DNA from: Zancudomyces culisetae HAW-14-8
Lineage: Eukaryota; Fungi; Kickxellomycota
Direction: 5' to 3'
Length of the DNA: 64,000 nt
Assembly (NCBI GenBank): GCA_052426225.1
Contig: JBNJNM010000021.1
Coordinates: forward strand, 2,852,001-2,916,000
Part shown: piece by piece, positions 1-11,403 of the stretch
How positions within the stretch are numbered: the stretch's first letter is position 1
Layout: the number at the start of each line of letters is the position of its first letter
Made by a program: the position numbers and the translations under genes
The notes under the pieces: model-generated
What the model was told of the DNA's origin: nothing
The model's input: only the letters and a program-made list of their open reading frames with translations
The model's database searches: none

Positions 1-897
1 TATTCGTTGTTTGTATACCTTTTCGTTGGCCTTGTTTTTCTCAAACTCCTTTGATTCGATTTCAATCGCCTTTTGGATTGCAATTTCGCTATCGATGTCG
101 GAATCAGTAACCAGTGCATTGTACAGCATCTTGATTCCATTATCGCGCATTTTGTTTTCGGTGCTTTTGATTTTTACGCTGTCGCTATCAAAAGTCCTTT
201 CCTCGGTCTTGCTACCATTAGTCTCGAGCTTTGCCTTTTTACTTTGCGACTCGTCTTCTTGCTGTTTAGTTTCGACCTCTTTTTTCCCTTCTTGTTCGTC
301 TTGTGGCTTTAGACGTTTCCGATTCTCCAATTCTATTTTTTCTTTGTTGCCATTTTCCGAATCCTTTACCTTTTTTACGGGCTTTTCGTCCTTTTTTCTT
401 TTATTAGAGGACATGCTCACATCTTTTTTCCATTTATCTACCACACCCTTTGCCAACTTGGATATCGCTTCATTTTTATCCGATCTTAGTTTTCCGACCA
501 CCTGGCCTATTCCTGTGTTCTAATTGGTTTGTCACATACAACTTGTATTAATGAGGAGGAAATAGAAGAAGAATCTTCAAAGATATGAGGGGGAAAGTGT
601 GAAGCTAATTCGGTTTTGAAGTCCCCTTCTGAGCATTAACAAGAACAAACAGATAACGAATACTTACTCTCAAAATACTTTCTGTGGCTGTCACGCTGTT
701 CAATCTTTCCAAGATCGTTGTGATTTTCTAATTGTTTATAATTTCAGAGTACAACAAAAAAGAAATTAATATGGACAAATTAATTCCGATTTCCAAAGTA
801 TCAATGAGTTTTTGTGCCGTCTTACCTCGACATTCTCCAGCTCTTGAGCCTTAACGAGTGCCTTTTTAAAAGTTACAATATCATCCAGTTCATACAT
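1..897 (-). CDS. DST1: Transcription elongation factor TFIIS (3' end runs off the window); exons 897-826, 727-668, 519-<1
   Basis: Manual splicing at two phase-0 GTAAG...TAG introns gives MYELDDIVTFKKALVKAQELENVE/KITTILERLNSVTATESILR/NTGIGQVVGKLRSDKNEAISKLAKGVVDKWKKDV (TFIIS N-terminal LW domain). Later sequence MRDNGIKMLYNAL...AIEIESKEF...YKQRI matches the central domain. Not in the ORF track. Confidence 0.88.
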
Positions 898-1611
898 TTT
901 ATTGCACCCTCAAAATAGTTTGTTGTTGTAATAATAGTGGATATTTACATTTTTAGTATCGCTAAAATCGAAATATATCAAGGAGAAAAGGTTTGATTGA
1001 AGGAGAAAAAAAAATTTTTTTTGGAATTTTTTCCTCCCTATTTTGGGCTCGCAAAGGTCGTAGAAATGGAAAATATATTAAGCAATTACAACTGTTTTTT
1101 CTGTTATTTATTTTTTGTTGGATTTGTTTTGTTGATTTTGTCCAAATCTATGCGAATTTGTTTGTAATCAAATATATTATAGATAATAATGGGGGGAAAA
1201 AAGAGATGAATAGGGCGAGGGTGAGACTAAGCGAAAAATGAAGAATTGAAGGGGGAGTTTTTTCATTGTTTGTATAAAAAATAAATAAAAAACAGAAAAT
1301 GTGAAAATGAAAAGCTCGAATCCAAAAATGGTGTTGGAGATTAATAATCATCAAAGCACGTCAACATGCAGGTGGTGTGTCGAGAGACGCGAAAATTTCT
1401 TGAATATATGGGGATAAGATCCGGATACCAAGTATTAAGGATCAACTTTTCCGCATACCCCTTTAGCTGGATTCATGAAAAAAAAAGTGTGTAAATAAAC
1501 TCAGTGCACACATAATTTTGAATGATTTGCAGTCCCAATAATTGTACTTGGTGACTGGTTCTGGAAAATTAATCATCTCGCTTTATTTACTGGCTATTTT
1601 CAGTTAGCTGG

Positions 1612-1646
1612 AGACCAGACCAGACCAGACCAGGTCAGGTCAGATC
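1612..1646. repeat. Pentamer microsatellite (AGACC)x4 changing to (AGGTC)x2-AGATC
   Basis: agaccagaccagaccagaccaggtcaggtcagatc seen directly in the TFIIS-twinfilin intergenic region. Confidence 0.7.
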
Positions 1647-2429
1647 ACCGAAACCTACTATATAGATGTGAAATTTTGGTATGTGCTCTTGTACAGCGTC
1701 CATTGATGTCATACAGAAAAATATAACAGGTCAGTACCCATGTAGATACACCGTTTCCCCTAATTTTTACGTCTAGGTATTGATATTAAATTTTAATTCT
1801 TTCAAACTTTGTCGCTACCAAAGGTACTACAGTCTTGTCCTTGTGTGCCTGAGACTATAACACAGAGTTTCTTTTATTATAAGCGTGAATACAATCCATT
1901 TACCTATATTTATATATGTATACACTGTTGGTTTCAACGAGTAATAGTAGTCAGTTGTTTATTGATTATATTTACATTTGAAATAAATATATCTATAAAC
2001 ATCTTGGTTTAAAACAATAAATAAAACAAGAATTATGACAATAGGGGCTTAAAAAAGGGGTGATGGTTAGTGGGAAAAACCATAGTTGTATTTTTCTATG
2101 TGTGCAATGAAAAATCGCTGCTATTTTCCAGCAAATTATATCTTGTTTAACAAAACATCAAACATCTATTTGCTTTCCAACCCATATGAACTTATCAAAT
2201 AGGACAAAGTCAGAAAAAATGGCAAGATTAAAAAGTCTTGAGTATTTCACTCCCTCCACCCACTCAGTCACTCTGTCACTCAGTCGCTCCCCTTCCTCCC
2301 AAACTTCAACATAAGAATCAATAGCATTTCAATTTTTCAATAATTTGAAATACTAATTTAAAAATATCCTAAAACTATAACTTATACATTTGAAATTAAA
2401 CAAAAAGATATCCAGACATATAGAAAAAA

Positions 2430-4161
2430 ATGACAAGTGTGCAGAGTGGAATAACTGTCGATGCTTCCCTAAAACAGGCTTTGCAAGACCATGAAAAAAG
2501 TCTAGTTGCGGCATTGGACAGTTCTCAGGGAAAATCATCACCCCAATTTCAAGGAATTGGTAATGGTGATATCAAAAACGGCAACTCAGGGCAAGGTCTA
2601 GTAATACTTAAATTGGAAATAGTAAATGAAACTATCCAAATTACTAAAACACTTCAAGTCGACAAGGTTATTGGGCTGAATGGTGGCAATGGACCCTCAA
2701 GTATCACTGGTCAGCAACTAGCCCAGGAATTGCAACTGGATACTATTTGTTATTTGTTGCATTTGCGAGCCAAACCCAGCAATTTAGATGCACATGGTAG
2801 TATACACGAGAATAAAATATACAACCGGTTCGGTTCTAGCGGTAGTTCCAGTCCTACGGGGGCAATAAAAGGAAGCAGCGTTGTATGGGATATTGTTTTG
2901 TGGGTTCCTTCAGCTGGCGTAGCGCATTTCAATAGCAATGGTAATGGTAATGGTAATGGTATTCGGGATAGAATGAAGTATGCTAGTAGTAAGAGTCAAG
3001 TACTGCAGGCGATTGGATACAACAAAATAGGAAATAACGGACAAGCGAGTAATTTGGTAAGTATTCTGTAGTTTTAAAGGAGGAAAAAAAAATTGAAAAA
3101 TAATCACAATAACGATAATGAATAATAACACGGGACTAAATAACTAGGAGGAGTTGGGTGAGTACATATCAATAAAATCCAACGTACCCACACAGCATTC
3201 CAATACAAGTTCGTCACAGCTAAGTACAAGCTATCGCAACACAGGCATGAATGTTCGACCTATTTTAGCAGCCGACCGTATAGTACGTACAGAAAGAAAT
3301 ACAGAAAGTGCTGAGGACGAAAAAAAGGATGATCCGCGCAATGCAATGTCAACAAAAGAACTTGAAAAACTCGCGTTGCTCGAAAATGAGGACCGTGCAA
3401 GGGAGGAGATCATTAATCGAGAATTTATAGAACGAATGAAGAGACAAAGCAACAAACATAACGAAGCAGCGGTCACAGGTGGGTTTGTAAGAGTGGAGTT
3501 GCCGCTTGCTGAAGAAACAAAACAGAGATTGACAGAGATGCGGACAGCAGCTACTTCGTCGATACAACAAGGGAATTATGGATGGATAGAACTGGAGATT
3601 GTGAATAGGAAACAAGTATGTATAAAGAGGGTTGGATACGATGCAGGTGCAATTGGCCAAGATAACGAGCCAAGGTATGTTGTGGTACAAGGACGAGTGT
3701 TTGTAATGTATATTCCCGAAAACAGCCGCGCGCAGTTGCGAATGGTATATTCCACAGGTGCAGACTCAGTAATGCGGCAAGTGGAGCAGATAATGGGGGT
3801 AGTGTTTGTGCAGAAACTGGAGATTTTCAGTAAAACGGAAATGAAACAAGAGGAGATTATCAAAAGGGCAGGATTAGGAGCCGGAAGAGAAATGGGGGGA
3901 ATGGGAATGGGAATGGGTGCGGGAGTTGGGGGTGTGGGCGCGGGTGTGGGTGTAGGAGCCTCGATGGGTGGCACAGCCCGAATGAATAAACTAGAACGGG
4001 TATTGTCGTATCGATCACCGGAACCAGCACGTTCGGTTCCAAAAAGATTCAATTTTGCAGCCCAACAACAAAAATCACAAACAGCACAGTTAATAGAAAA
4101 TCGATATAAAGAGGAAAATAGTTTTAATGAACTACCAAAACCGCCACGCAGACAGAAATGA
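2430..4161 (+). CDS. TWF1: Twinfilin (two ADF-H domains plus C-terminal tail); exons 2430-3056, 3148-4161
   Basis: Twinfilin hallmarks: N-terminal SVQSGI, RDRMKYASSK, linker MSTKELE, RMVYSTG and the C-terminal F..LPKPPRR tail. A phase-0 intron 3057-3147 (GTAAGT...GACTAAA...TAG) joins the two ORFs in frame. Confidence 0.85.
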
Positions 4162-4218
4162 ATACAGAGATAAATAAATACATAGATTTATAGTTATATA
4201 TGGTTATATCAATAAAAC

Positions 4219-7200
4219 TCAAGAGCGCCAGTACTGTGCCCATTTATGAATGGTTTCGATGACTTGTGGGAACAACGCATTGATAGAATCAGAAATAACA
4301 GACTGGAGATACTGTACAGCCAAATCGTCAGTCAAATCCAACCGATAGCGGTCCTCAATAACCTTGAGTGCACGGTCAGGCTCGGCAGTCAGGTCAGGAA
4401 GGCCAGAGGAGGCGGTAGACATTAGACGAAACAAGTTGTAAATCAAATTGAAATTATCAACCTTGCGTAGAATGGAATATGCCATGAACGATGCAGATCT
4501 GAATTTGCGATACCACACTAGCGATGGATCAATCATCATCGCTTCGGCCATTTCCTTACACAGCTTCATGGGAGGAGGAAAGGGTTTGGGATCATTTCCT
4601 AGAATGTATCCATAATCAACATGGAACAATTTTCCGGCACGTGTCAGCAATAGATTATCAAGGTGGCGGTCACCAACTGCCAAAATATACGTAATCACAC
4701 AATATCCAGCACAACTCTTGACATAGTTCTCCATCAACTCGGCAAAACTAGTGTCACTGGTGGAAATTTGTCGCAAGTACTGAGCAATTGAGTTGTTATG
4801 ATCAGACAACACGGCCGCCAGAGACTGCGATGGTACGAATTGCGTAAATCCTTGTGCTGTGCCAGTCGCCAACACGCGATATGTAATCAACCCTAGGTCC
4901 AAGCTCTCACGAAGCAGCATGGTATTGATCAACTCAATTGCCTGCAGCACCAATTGGTCCTGCCGCATATCATCTCCAGTCTTGTAAATCGTGCTGTATT
5001 CCCCGCCATCTGCTGTGCGGAACACTATCAGAATTGGATTCATTGTGCTTTTAAACACCATCGCCTTTTCTGCAACTATCCCAACTACTGCCACGTCTGG
5101 GTCCAGCGGTAATTCCAGGGGTGGCCCCTCAAACGTCTCCAGCTTGTTCTTGGGGTCCTTGATGTATTCCACCAACCGCTTGATTTTTTTTGTTCGCGGC
5201 TCTTTGCTTTTGTTGAGCGTTTCGCTCAGCACCGTTAGTTTCTGCACCAGCTCAGATTGCCGTCGCAACATATCGCGTAGTGCAATGCCTGTATCGCTTT
5301 TTACCATCTCGGTCATCAGCTGGTACGCAACTTTTCCGTATATTTTGCGGTCCGGATTTCCTGCCTCGCTTTCAACCATCAAATGCCAATACAACCGCAC
5401 ACACAACTGCTTGTTGGCCAACGCCCGTTGTATCAGCAATTGTGCAACATGCCCACTCGTCGTACGAATCGCCTGTACCAATTGTAGTAACACCAGCATC
5501 AGGTCTTCATCCTTGGCCTCCCCTAGTCGCTTTACTACGTATTGCACCAACTGTCCATTATTGTTTTCCTCAACCATACTTCCCAGTATTTCCAGACAAT
5601 CCGTCAACCCCACCCCCTCCCATTCTTGCAAGATCTTGAGTGCCTCATTGCTTTCCTCTCCCTCCGTCCAGTCCACACTCTTCACAAATTTTGCCACAGA
5701 GTTTACAAATCGACTGTGCCTAATGTAGTACCGATACTTCCACACCATGTTTTTTTCTTCACTACTCAACATCACCGCTGTTGGGTACTTGAATATCTTT
5801 TCCAACTCCTCCAAATTGCTCAGCGTGGGCTTGATTTCCTCTTCAATCACTCTCCCTCCCGCAACCCCCTTTGTCACCCTTCTCACCTCGTGTCCTCTTA
5901 TCAGCTTTCGATACTTTCTCTCCACATTGTTCTTGCCATACAACCCCGGATCCATTACAAAATTCAACTTTTGTATTGCTGAAAACTCGTTATTTACTTG
6001 AACCCTTTCCTATTTCCCAAGTTCAAATTCAAATCCCAATTAATTTCTGTTCTCTTTACTTTACTCTTTTTTATATATATTTTTTACTCCTTTGTTTCTT
6101 ATAGTTTTCAAGTCCCCAATAACTATATTATACTTTTAATATCTATATAATATACTAAACACCCATTAAATAATAATATCATTTGTCGTCTAACCTTTTC
6201 ACTCCACACTATTGGAAAATCAAAGCTTTCCATCTCTACCACTACACTTGGTGGTGTATTTTCCACATGTTGCTCTATTTGCTTTCTCACTGCTGCTATA
6301 CTTATAGAGTCCAACCATTCGTTTTTATCCTTTTCTTCCTGTACTTTTTCCTCCTTTTCCTCCTCATATTTTTTGAGTTTCTATATCATTACCACATCCA
6401 TACAATCAATTATTTATACCCCTATGGAGCACTACAAACTGCATATTTACATTTACACATATACCAATACCCGCTTAGGCAATCCCTTACCTTCTCTAAT
6501 CGCCTCAGCTTCTTCAAGTGTCTTTTGTACTTTGCATCGTTTTTCATACCTTTATCTCCGTTTTCGCCATTTTTCAATATCAAACGATATTTTCCCTCTC
6601 TCAATTTGCTAATACAACCATTAATATATAAAATATCTTGTTATTAATCGATTTACTTGTACACATACAAACCATAGCTTTTTTACATTTTCTTTTCCGT
6701 AACCCAACTATAACTTACTAGTTTTCATTGAAGAATTTAAGCCTTCTTCTACCCACCATTTCTGTCATTTCGCTCTTCTTTTTTTCACCTTTCATATAAC
6801 CATTCTCACCTTTAATCTCGCTATCTACACCTGTACCTACGGTTAAACCTAATCCTAACCCTGCAACTGCACCTACATCCGTATTCATATCCACATCTAC
6901 ATGCGTATCCATATTCCTACCTTTATTCCTGTAATCACCATCACTACCATTCGTCTCTTGACCACCATTTTTAGGTACTCCATATTTCCAAACCGTAATT
7001 TCTATCCCAGAAGTCAAATTCAACTGGCTGTATTTCACTGGAAACCTTATTACTTGGTCAAATTGTCTTATGCTCCAGTGTGCAACACCTTCTGTTACCA
7101 AAGGCGTATAATATGTTTGGTGTGTCAAGCTTATTGGTATCTCGTCATTCCATATCTGTGCTGTCACATAATACTCGACATCGCTGTTTTGTATTTGTCT

Positions 7201-7793
7201 ATTGATATTGAGTCAGTTTACTTTTTATTCGCCATTTTTCATTCTTTTAATATTTTTTCGTTTTTTTTAGCTTACCTTTTTGGTATTGTGTAACTATTAT
7301 ACTCTTCATTGTATTTGTAACTTTCTTCATTAAATTCGTTGCCGAATGGATAGATATTTTCACTCTTGTTGGCAGTCAAAATTTCGGGTAGCTGCTGCTG
7401 AAATGACTCTCGTTTTAGTCCCCACCCCTGTCCCCGCCCCTGCCCTCGTCCTTGCTCCTGTTCTTGCTCCCATTCCCGCTCCGAAGTTTGGAAATCTTCC
7501 AAGTCTCCAATTTCAATATGCCCCAACCTATTACCACTTACTCGCCCCTCTAGCGTGCAACTAGATTAAAGTACAGAAATAAAAAAAAGAGTCCAGATAT
7601 AATATACATGTATATGATATGCACTTGAAAAGTAGGTACATTTACAAGCTTCTAACCTGTCTATTGTTATCAACTTTAAGTAAAATTAATCCAATTACAT
7701 TTTTATGCTCACATAGCGGTCCAATTCTCTACTGGTGCAGTAACTGAAATCATAAAACGTGTTCGACAGACTGCCATTCCCATTGGATTCCAT
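4219..7793 (-). CDS. VPS34: Class III phosphatidylinositol 3-kinase Vps34; exons 7793-7699, 7560-7276, 7198-6719, 6608-6491, 6380-6195, 6009-4219
   Basis: Kinase motifs KTGDDMRQD, GDRHLDN, HVDYGYILGNDPKP and the terminal HKWAQYWR. Upstream exons splice in frame to give FSYCTSRELD..VSIKICTLEG, C2-domain YVTAQIW and LEKKLKKYE..WLD. Confidence 0.93.
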
Positions 7794-8211
7794 CGTATTT
7801 TTCTCTCTTTTTTTTTACTACCTTGTTGTTACTACTAAACACATTTAATATCAACCAATATTTTTCCTAAAAGAAAAGGCAGAATAAATAATAAAGAGCT
7901 AAAATAATCCAAAACCTTGAAATAGAAAAGCCCGAAAATTCAAATTCCAGCTTTTTTAGCTTGTGAAATAAAATCACGTGGCATGACACCATCTATTTCG
8001 GAATTCTTTGCTAAAGAGAAATGGTAGTAGTGTTAATGAAACAATATTTCAAACTCCTGTGGATATCAAGTTCTTGTAATGAAAGCATTATCCTGCCATG
8101 GCATTTCTACCATTTATTTATCCCTAATAGAGTATTTTTAAACACTACAAAAAATCATCCATAGGAAAAAAAAGATTAATAGTGAGAAAAAATAGTGAAT
8201 TCTCATAAAAA

Positions 8212-10374
8212 CTACATCACTACACCATGCCTAGTAAACAGCGAAATCTTTTGGAGGGTCTGTCTATCATTTTTCCCAACCAAACAGGTTACTTTTCCAA
8301 CTGAATTGAGTCGGCCAGTACGTCCACAGCGATGCAAATAATTAATAGCAGTTGTCGGATAGTCATACATAACTACATGGTCCACATGGGTTGTATCGAT
8401 TCCACGCGAAGCCAAGTCCGTACATATCAGAACCTTTAACCCTCCTCCACCTTGCACAGCTCTGGAACCATTCTGTTCTTGTTTCTGATCTGTCGTGTTT
8501 TGGTTTCCGATAGTGCTGTTAAATGCTCGCACTACATTCCTTCGACTAAGACTTCTTGCATCAAATGTGGGTTCTTTTAATGTATTCGGTTTGAAATCGG
8601 CTTTTTTACACAGCAAAAGAACGTTTGGAAATGTATTTTGTTCCATAATTTTGTCGTACAACTTTACAGCACTGACCTTGGTATTACAAAATACCATTAC
8701 GTTTGTGTTGCCATCTGTTTGACCAATCCTGCTACTGGCATTGTAGTAATCACTGATTGCTTGCTTCAGTGCGTTGAATTTAGAGCCCTGGAATTGAACT
8801 GTCACATCAATGTTGTTGACTCGTAAACGTTTGTTGATTTGATGCAGATATGGACTTGCTACAAACCTGATTTCGGGGTATATCTTTTCCAATTCAAGTT
8901 TTACTGATTTTGGAATTGTAGCTGATACAAATACAACACCAATCTCCTTACCAACACCACTACCACTACCACTACCACTACTACTTCCCTCACGATTACC
9001 TTTGCTATTTCTAATACCACCAGTACTACTATTGTCGAGTGCCTTTAGTTTTCCAAGAATTTGTAGCGTATCCTCCGTATGCCCTTGCTTATCATCCATC
9101 ATTGTATCAGCCTCATCAATCACAATACTATCTATTTGACTAAGCAACTCTTGTCCGCGTTTGGTTTTCAATTTTTCCTTGAAATCGTGTGGTGTTCCGA
9201 CGACAACATCCAAATACCTGGCTTTTTTATCCTTGTCCTTGCTTTTGCCCTTGCCCTGTTCCATTTTTCCCTCAGCACTTACCTTTTTCTCATTCGCTTT
9301 AGGTTTCTTAAGTGCTGTCAAGTTTGGGTTCACATTTTGGTCATTTATTAGTGAATCATAATATTCGTCTTCGTTCCGGAATTTATTTTTACCGCTTGCA
9401 TCATTGCTCAACCCCCCAAATCCATCAAGATCAACCGAAACATTACTAATGAGTTCCGCCTTGAATTTAATGGCATGGCACAATGATTTGCATACCTTTA
9501 GAGTTTGTGATGCCAACTCCTTTGTAGGTGTAATAATCATTATCTTGGGTTTATCTTCATCAAAGACTATCTTTGATTCACCATGGTTTTTTAATTCTAT
9601 TTGCGATTGTTGTAGTTTGTCCTTCATATTCGACAACAGTGGCAGTAAATATGCAAAAGTTTTTCCTGATCCTGTTTCTGCCGCAAGAAATAGTTGCGTT
9701 CCCTTACCTCCATTTCCATTTCCAACACTATTTTTCTTGGCTTTTGTTTTATCACTTACAGTTGGTTCGGTATTTTTGATTCCCAACTTCAGAATTTCGG
9801 GTATACTTAGGGCTTGAATGATTGTCGGTTTAATGTTGTTTTCTGGTATTCCTTTGTCCAAAAGTACCTGGTTTATGCTCTGACATACCAAGTCGTTTAA
9901 CCCAAATTCTTCAAATTTCTTACTTCTTAGCTCCTCAAGCCGGGCAACAACATTGCTCCTTTCACCACTGGCATTCAACAAATCTTTACCTTGCTCACTC
10001 ACCGGGTTCAGCAATTGAAACCGCGCAGGCGTGTAGCCCATTTGCTTGACCAAACTCTTTTTGGTTTTTGCCGAGGTTTTAGTTATTCTCAATGGTCTTC
10101 TACCACCATATCCACTATTACTATTACCATTACCATTGCTGTTACTGTTGCTGTTGCCACTATCTTTGGCTGCAGAGGACTGGGCTTTTGAGGTTGATGG
10201 TTTTGATGAACCAATACCCTTGAATTTCCTTTGGTCGTTATTTTTGGGCCCGCCGGCATAGAGAGTTGCTGAGGTTTTAAGAGTTCGTGATATATTTTCA
10301 TTATTGAGTAGGAGTACTCGATTCGCAAGCGTACTTGACGTACCTGTAGGCAAAAGCTGTCTAAATCTATACAT
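8212..10374 (-). CDS. MRH4: Mitochondrial DEAD-box RNA helicase, Mrh4/DDX28 type
   Basis: Motifs AAETGSGKT, PTKELA, GTP, DEAD, SAT, TDLASRGID and HRCGRTGR. The basic, acid-poor N-terminus resembles a mitochondrial presequence. Confidence 0.82.
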   Translation of the reverse strand: MYRFRQLLPTGTSSTLANRVLLLNNENISRTLKTSATLYAGGPKNNDQRKFKGIGSSKPSTSKAQSSAAKDSGNSNSNSNGNGNSNSGYGGRRPLRITKTSAKTKKSLVKQMGYTPARFQLLNPVSEQGKDLLNASGERSNVVARLEELRSKKFEEFGLNDLVCQSINQVLLDKGIPENNIKPTIIQALSIPEILKLGIKNTEPTVSDKTKAKKNSVGNGNGGKGTQLFLAAETGSGKTFAYLLPLLSNMKDKLQQSQIELKNHGESKIVFDEDKPKIMIITPTKELASQTLKVCKSLCHAIKFKAELISNVSVDLDGFGGLSNDASGKNKFRNEDEYYDSLINDQNVNPNLTALKKPKANEKKVSAEGKMEQGKGKSKDKDKKARYLDVVVGTPHDFKEKLKTKRGQELLSQIDSIVIDEADTMMDDKQGHTEDTLQILGKLKALDNSSTGGIRNSKGNREGSSSGSGSGSGVGKEIGVVFVSATIPKSVKLELEKIYPEIRFVASPYLHQINKRLRVNNIDVTVQFQGSKFNALKQAISDYYNASSRIGQTDGNTNVMVFCNTKVSAVKLYDKIMEQNTFPNVLLLCKKADFKPNTLKEPTFDARSLSRRNVVRAFNSTIGNQNTTDQKQEQNGSRAVQGGGGLKVLICTDLASRGIDTTHVDHVVMYDYPTTAINYLHRCGRTGRLNSVGKVTCLVGKNDRQTLQKISLFTRHGVVM

Positions 10375-10968
10375 TTTATCAATGTCTTTGTCTATGTTGT
10401 ATCTATATTGTATCTATATTATACCTATATCTATATTTGTATCTATGATTTTTATTATTTCCTTGTCATTGTCGCCAAGCTAATTTTTATTAAAATTTTC
10501 CGAACACGATTATATTGAATCTAAAATACTATTTACAAGTTATTAACCATCAACAAAAAAATTAGACCACCAAATCAAACATAAACCCTAGTCCCGAAAA
10601 TATAAAGCAAAAAAAAAAATTTTTTTTTTTCCTCCAACCTAATTTTCTCCATAATCAGAGTCCTTTTTCCTTTTTGCCTGAAAAAAAAGTGCATAAGAAA
10701 ATAATAACCCCAATATAATTATTTAGCAATGTAAAAAAAAAAATGATATCAGCAAATTGATAAAACTGAAATTAAATCATAATAAATTAATAAATAAGTA
10801 AATAAAAAAATAAATATTCAAGTTGCAAAGACCTGTTAATCAGCTTTTTCTTTCTTTCTTTGTTTGTTTGTGCTCTTGAAAACTCCATTTCTTTGTTGAA
10901 TACAATACAAATATCCTCATTATTCATTTTGTTTATAATTTCAGGAAAAGACTACGGGTTAAGTAAAT

Positions 10969-11403
10969 ATGTCTGCGAGCTTAAAGAGATTACGAGTTAA
11001 TCCCAAAAAACAAATCGTGCCAATGCACTGCACGACCGAAATGACGGCAGTTCTCAACTGTTGGTCTACCAGTGGGTCAATCGAAGATCCCCGATGTGCT
11101 ACAACTGTCATGGAACTATTTAAATGTGTACAGAAACCAGTAAGTCTGATAAACCCATAATTATATAATTATATGCATTTATATTTGTTCTCGAATTTTA
11201 TTTAGAAAAATGCAATATTCTTTTTTATTTAGTATTGATATTTTTTCTTGTATCAAATAAGTATATAGTAGTAAAAACAAATATTAACAATCATGATGCT
11301 ATCAAAAAAAAATCCAAAATAGAAAGTTGCAAAGCCCCAGCCCACAAGTATCAACAATTACCTGAGGAAATTCCAATCAAAGGTGTTAGGCAAAAAGAAA
11401 TGA
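10969..11403 (+). CDS. MRP10: Mitochondrial small-subunit ribosomal protein mS37/Mrp10 (twin CX9C); exons 10969-11139, 11323-11403
   Basis: LKRLRV...CTTEMTAVLNCW...CATTVMELFKC is a twin CX9C motif. Phase-0 intron 11140-11322 (GTAAGT...TATTAAC...TAG). Exon 2 KVAKPQPTSINNYLRKF resembles the Mrp10 S-x-INYH-x-x-R tail. Confidence 0.82.

Noticed and set aside
11-523. 170-aa + strand ORF
   Set aside because: Antisense shadow of the TFIIS exon on the minus strand.
520-667. TFIIS intron 2 with internal complementarity, considered as an intronic snoRNA
   Set aside because: No correctly placed C/D or H/ACA boxes, and the stems are short.
4991-6104. Several long + strand ORFs over VPS34, and similar ones over NUP133, KDM5 and the repeat gene
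   Set aside because: Antisense shadows caused by codon and strand bias, with no independent motifs.
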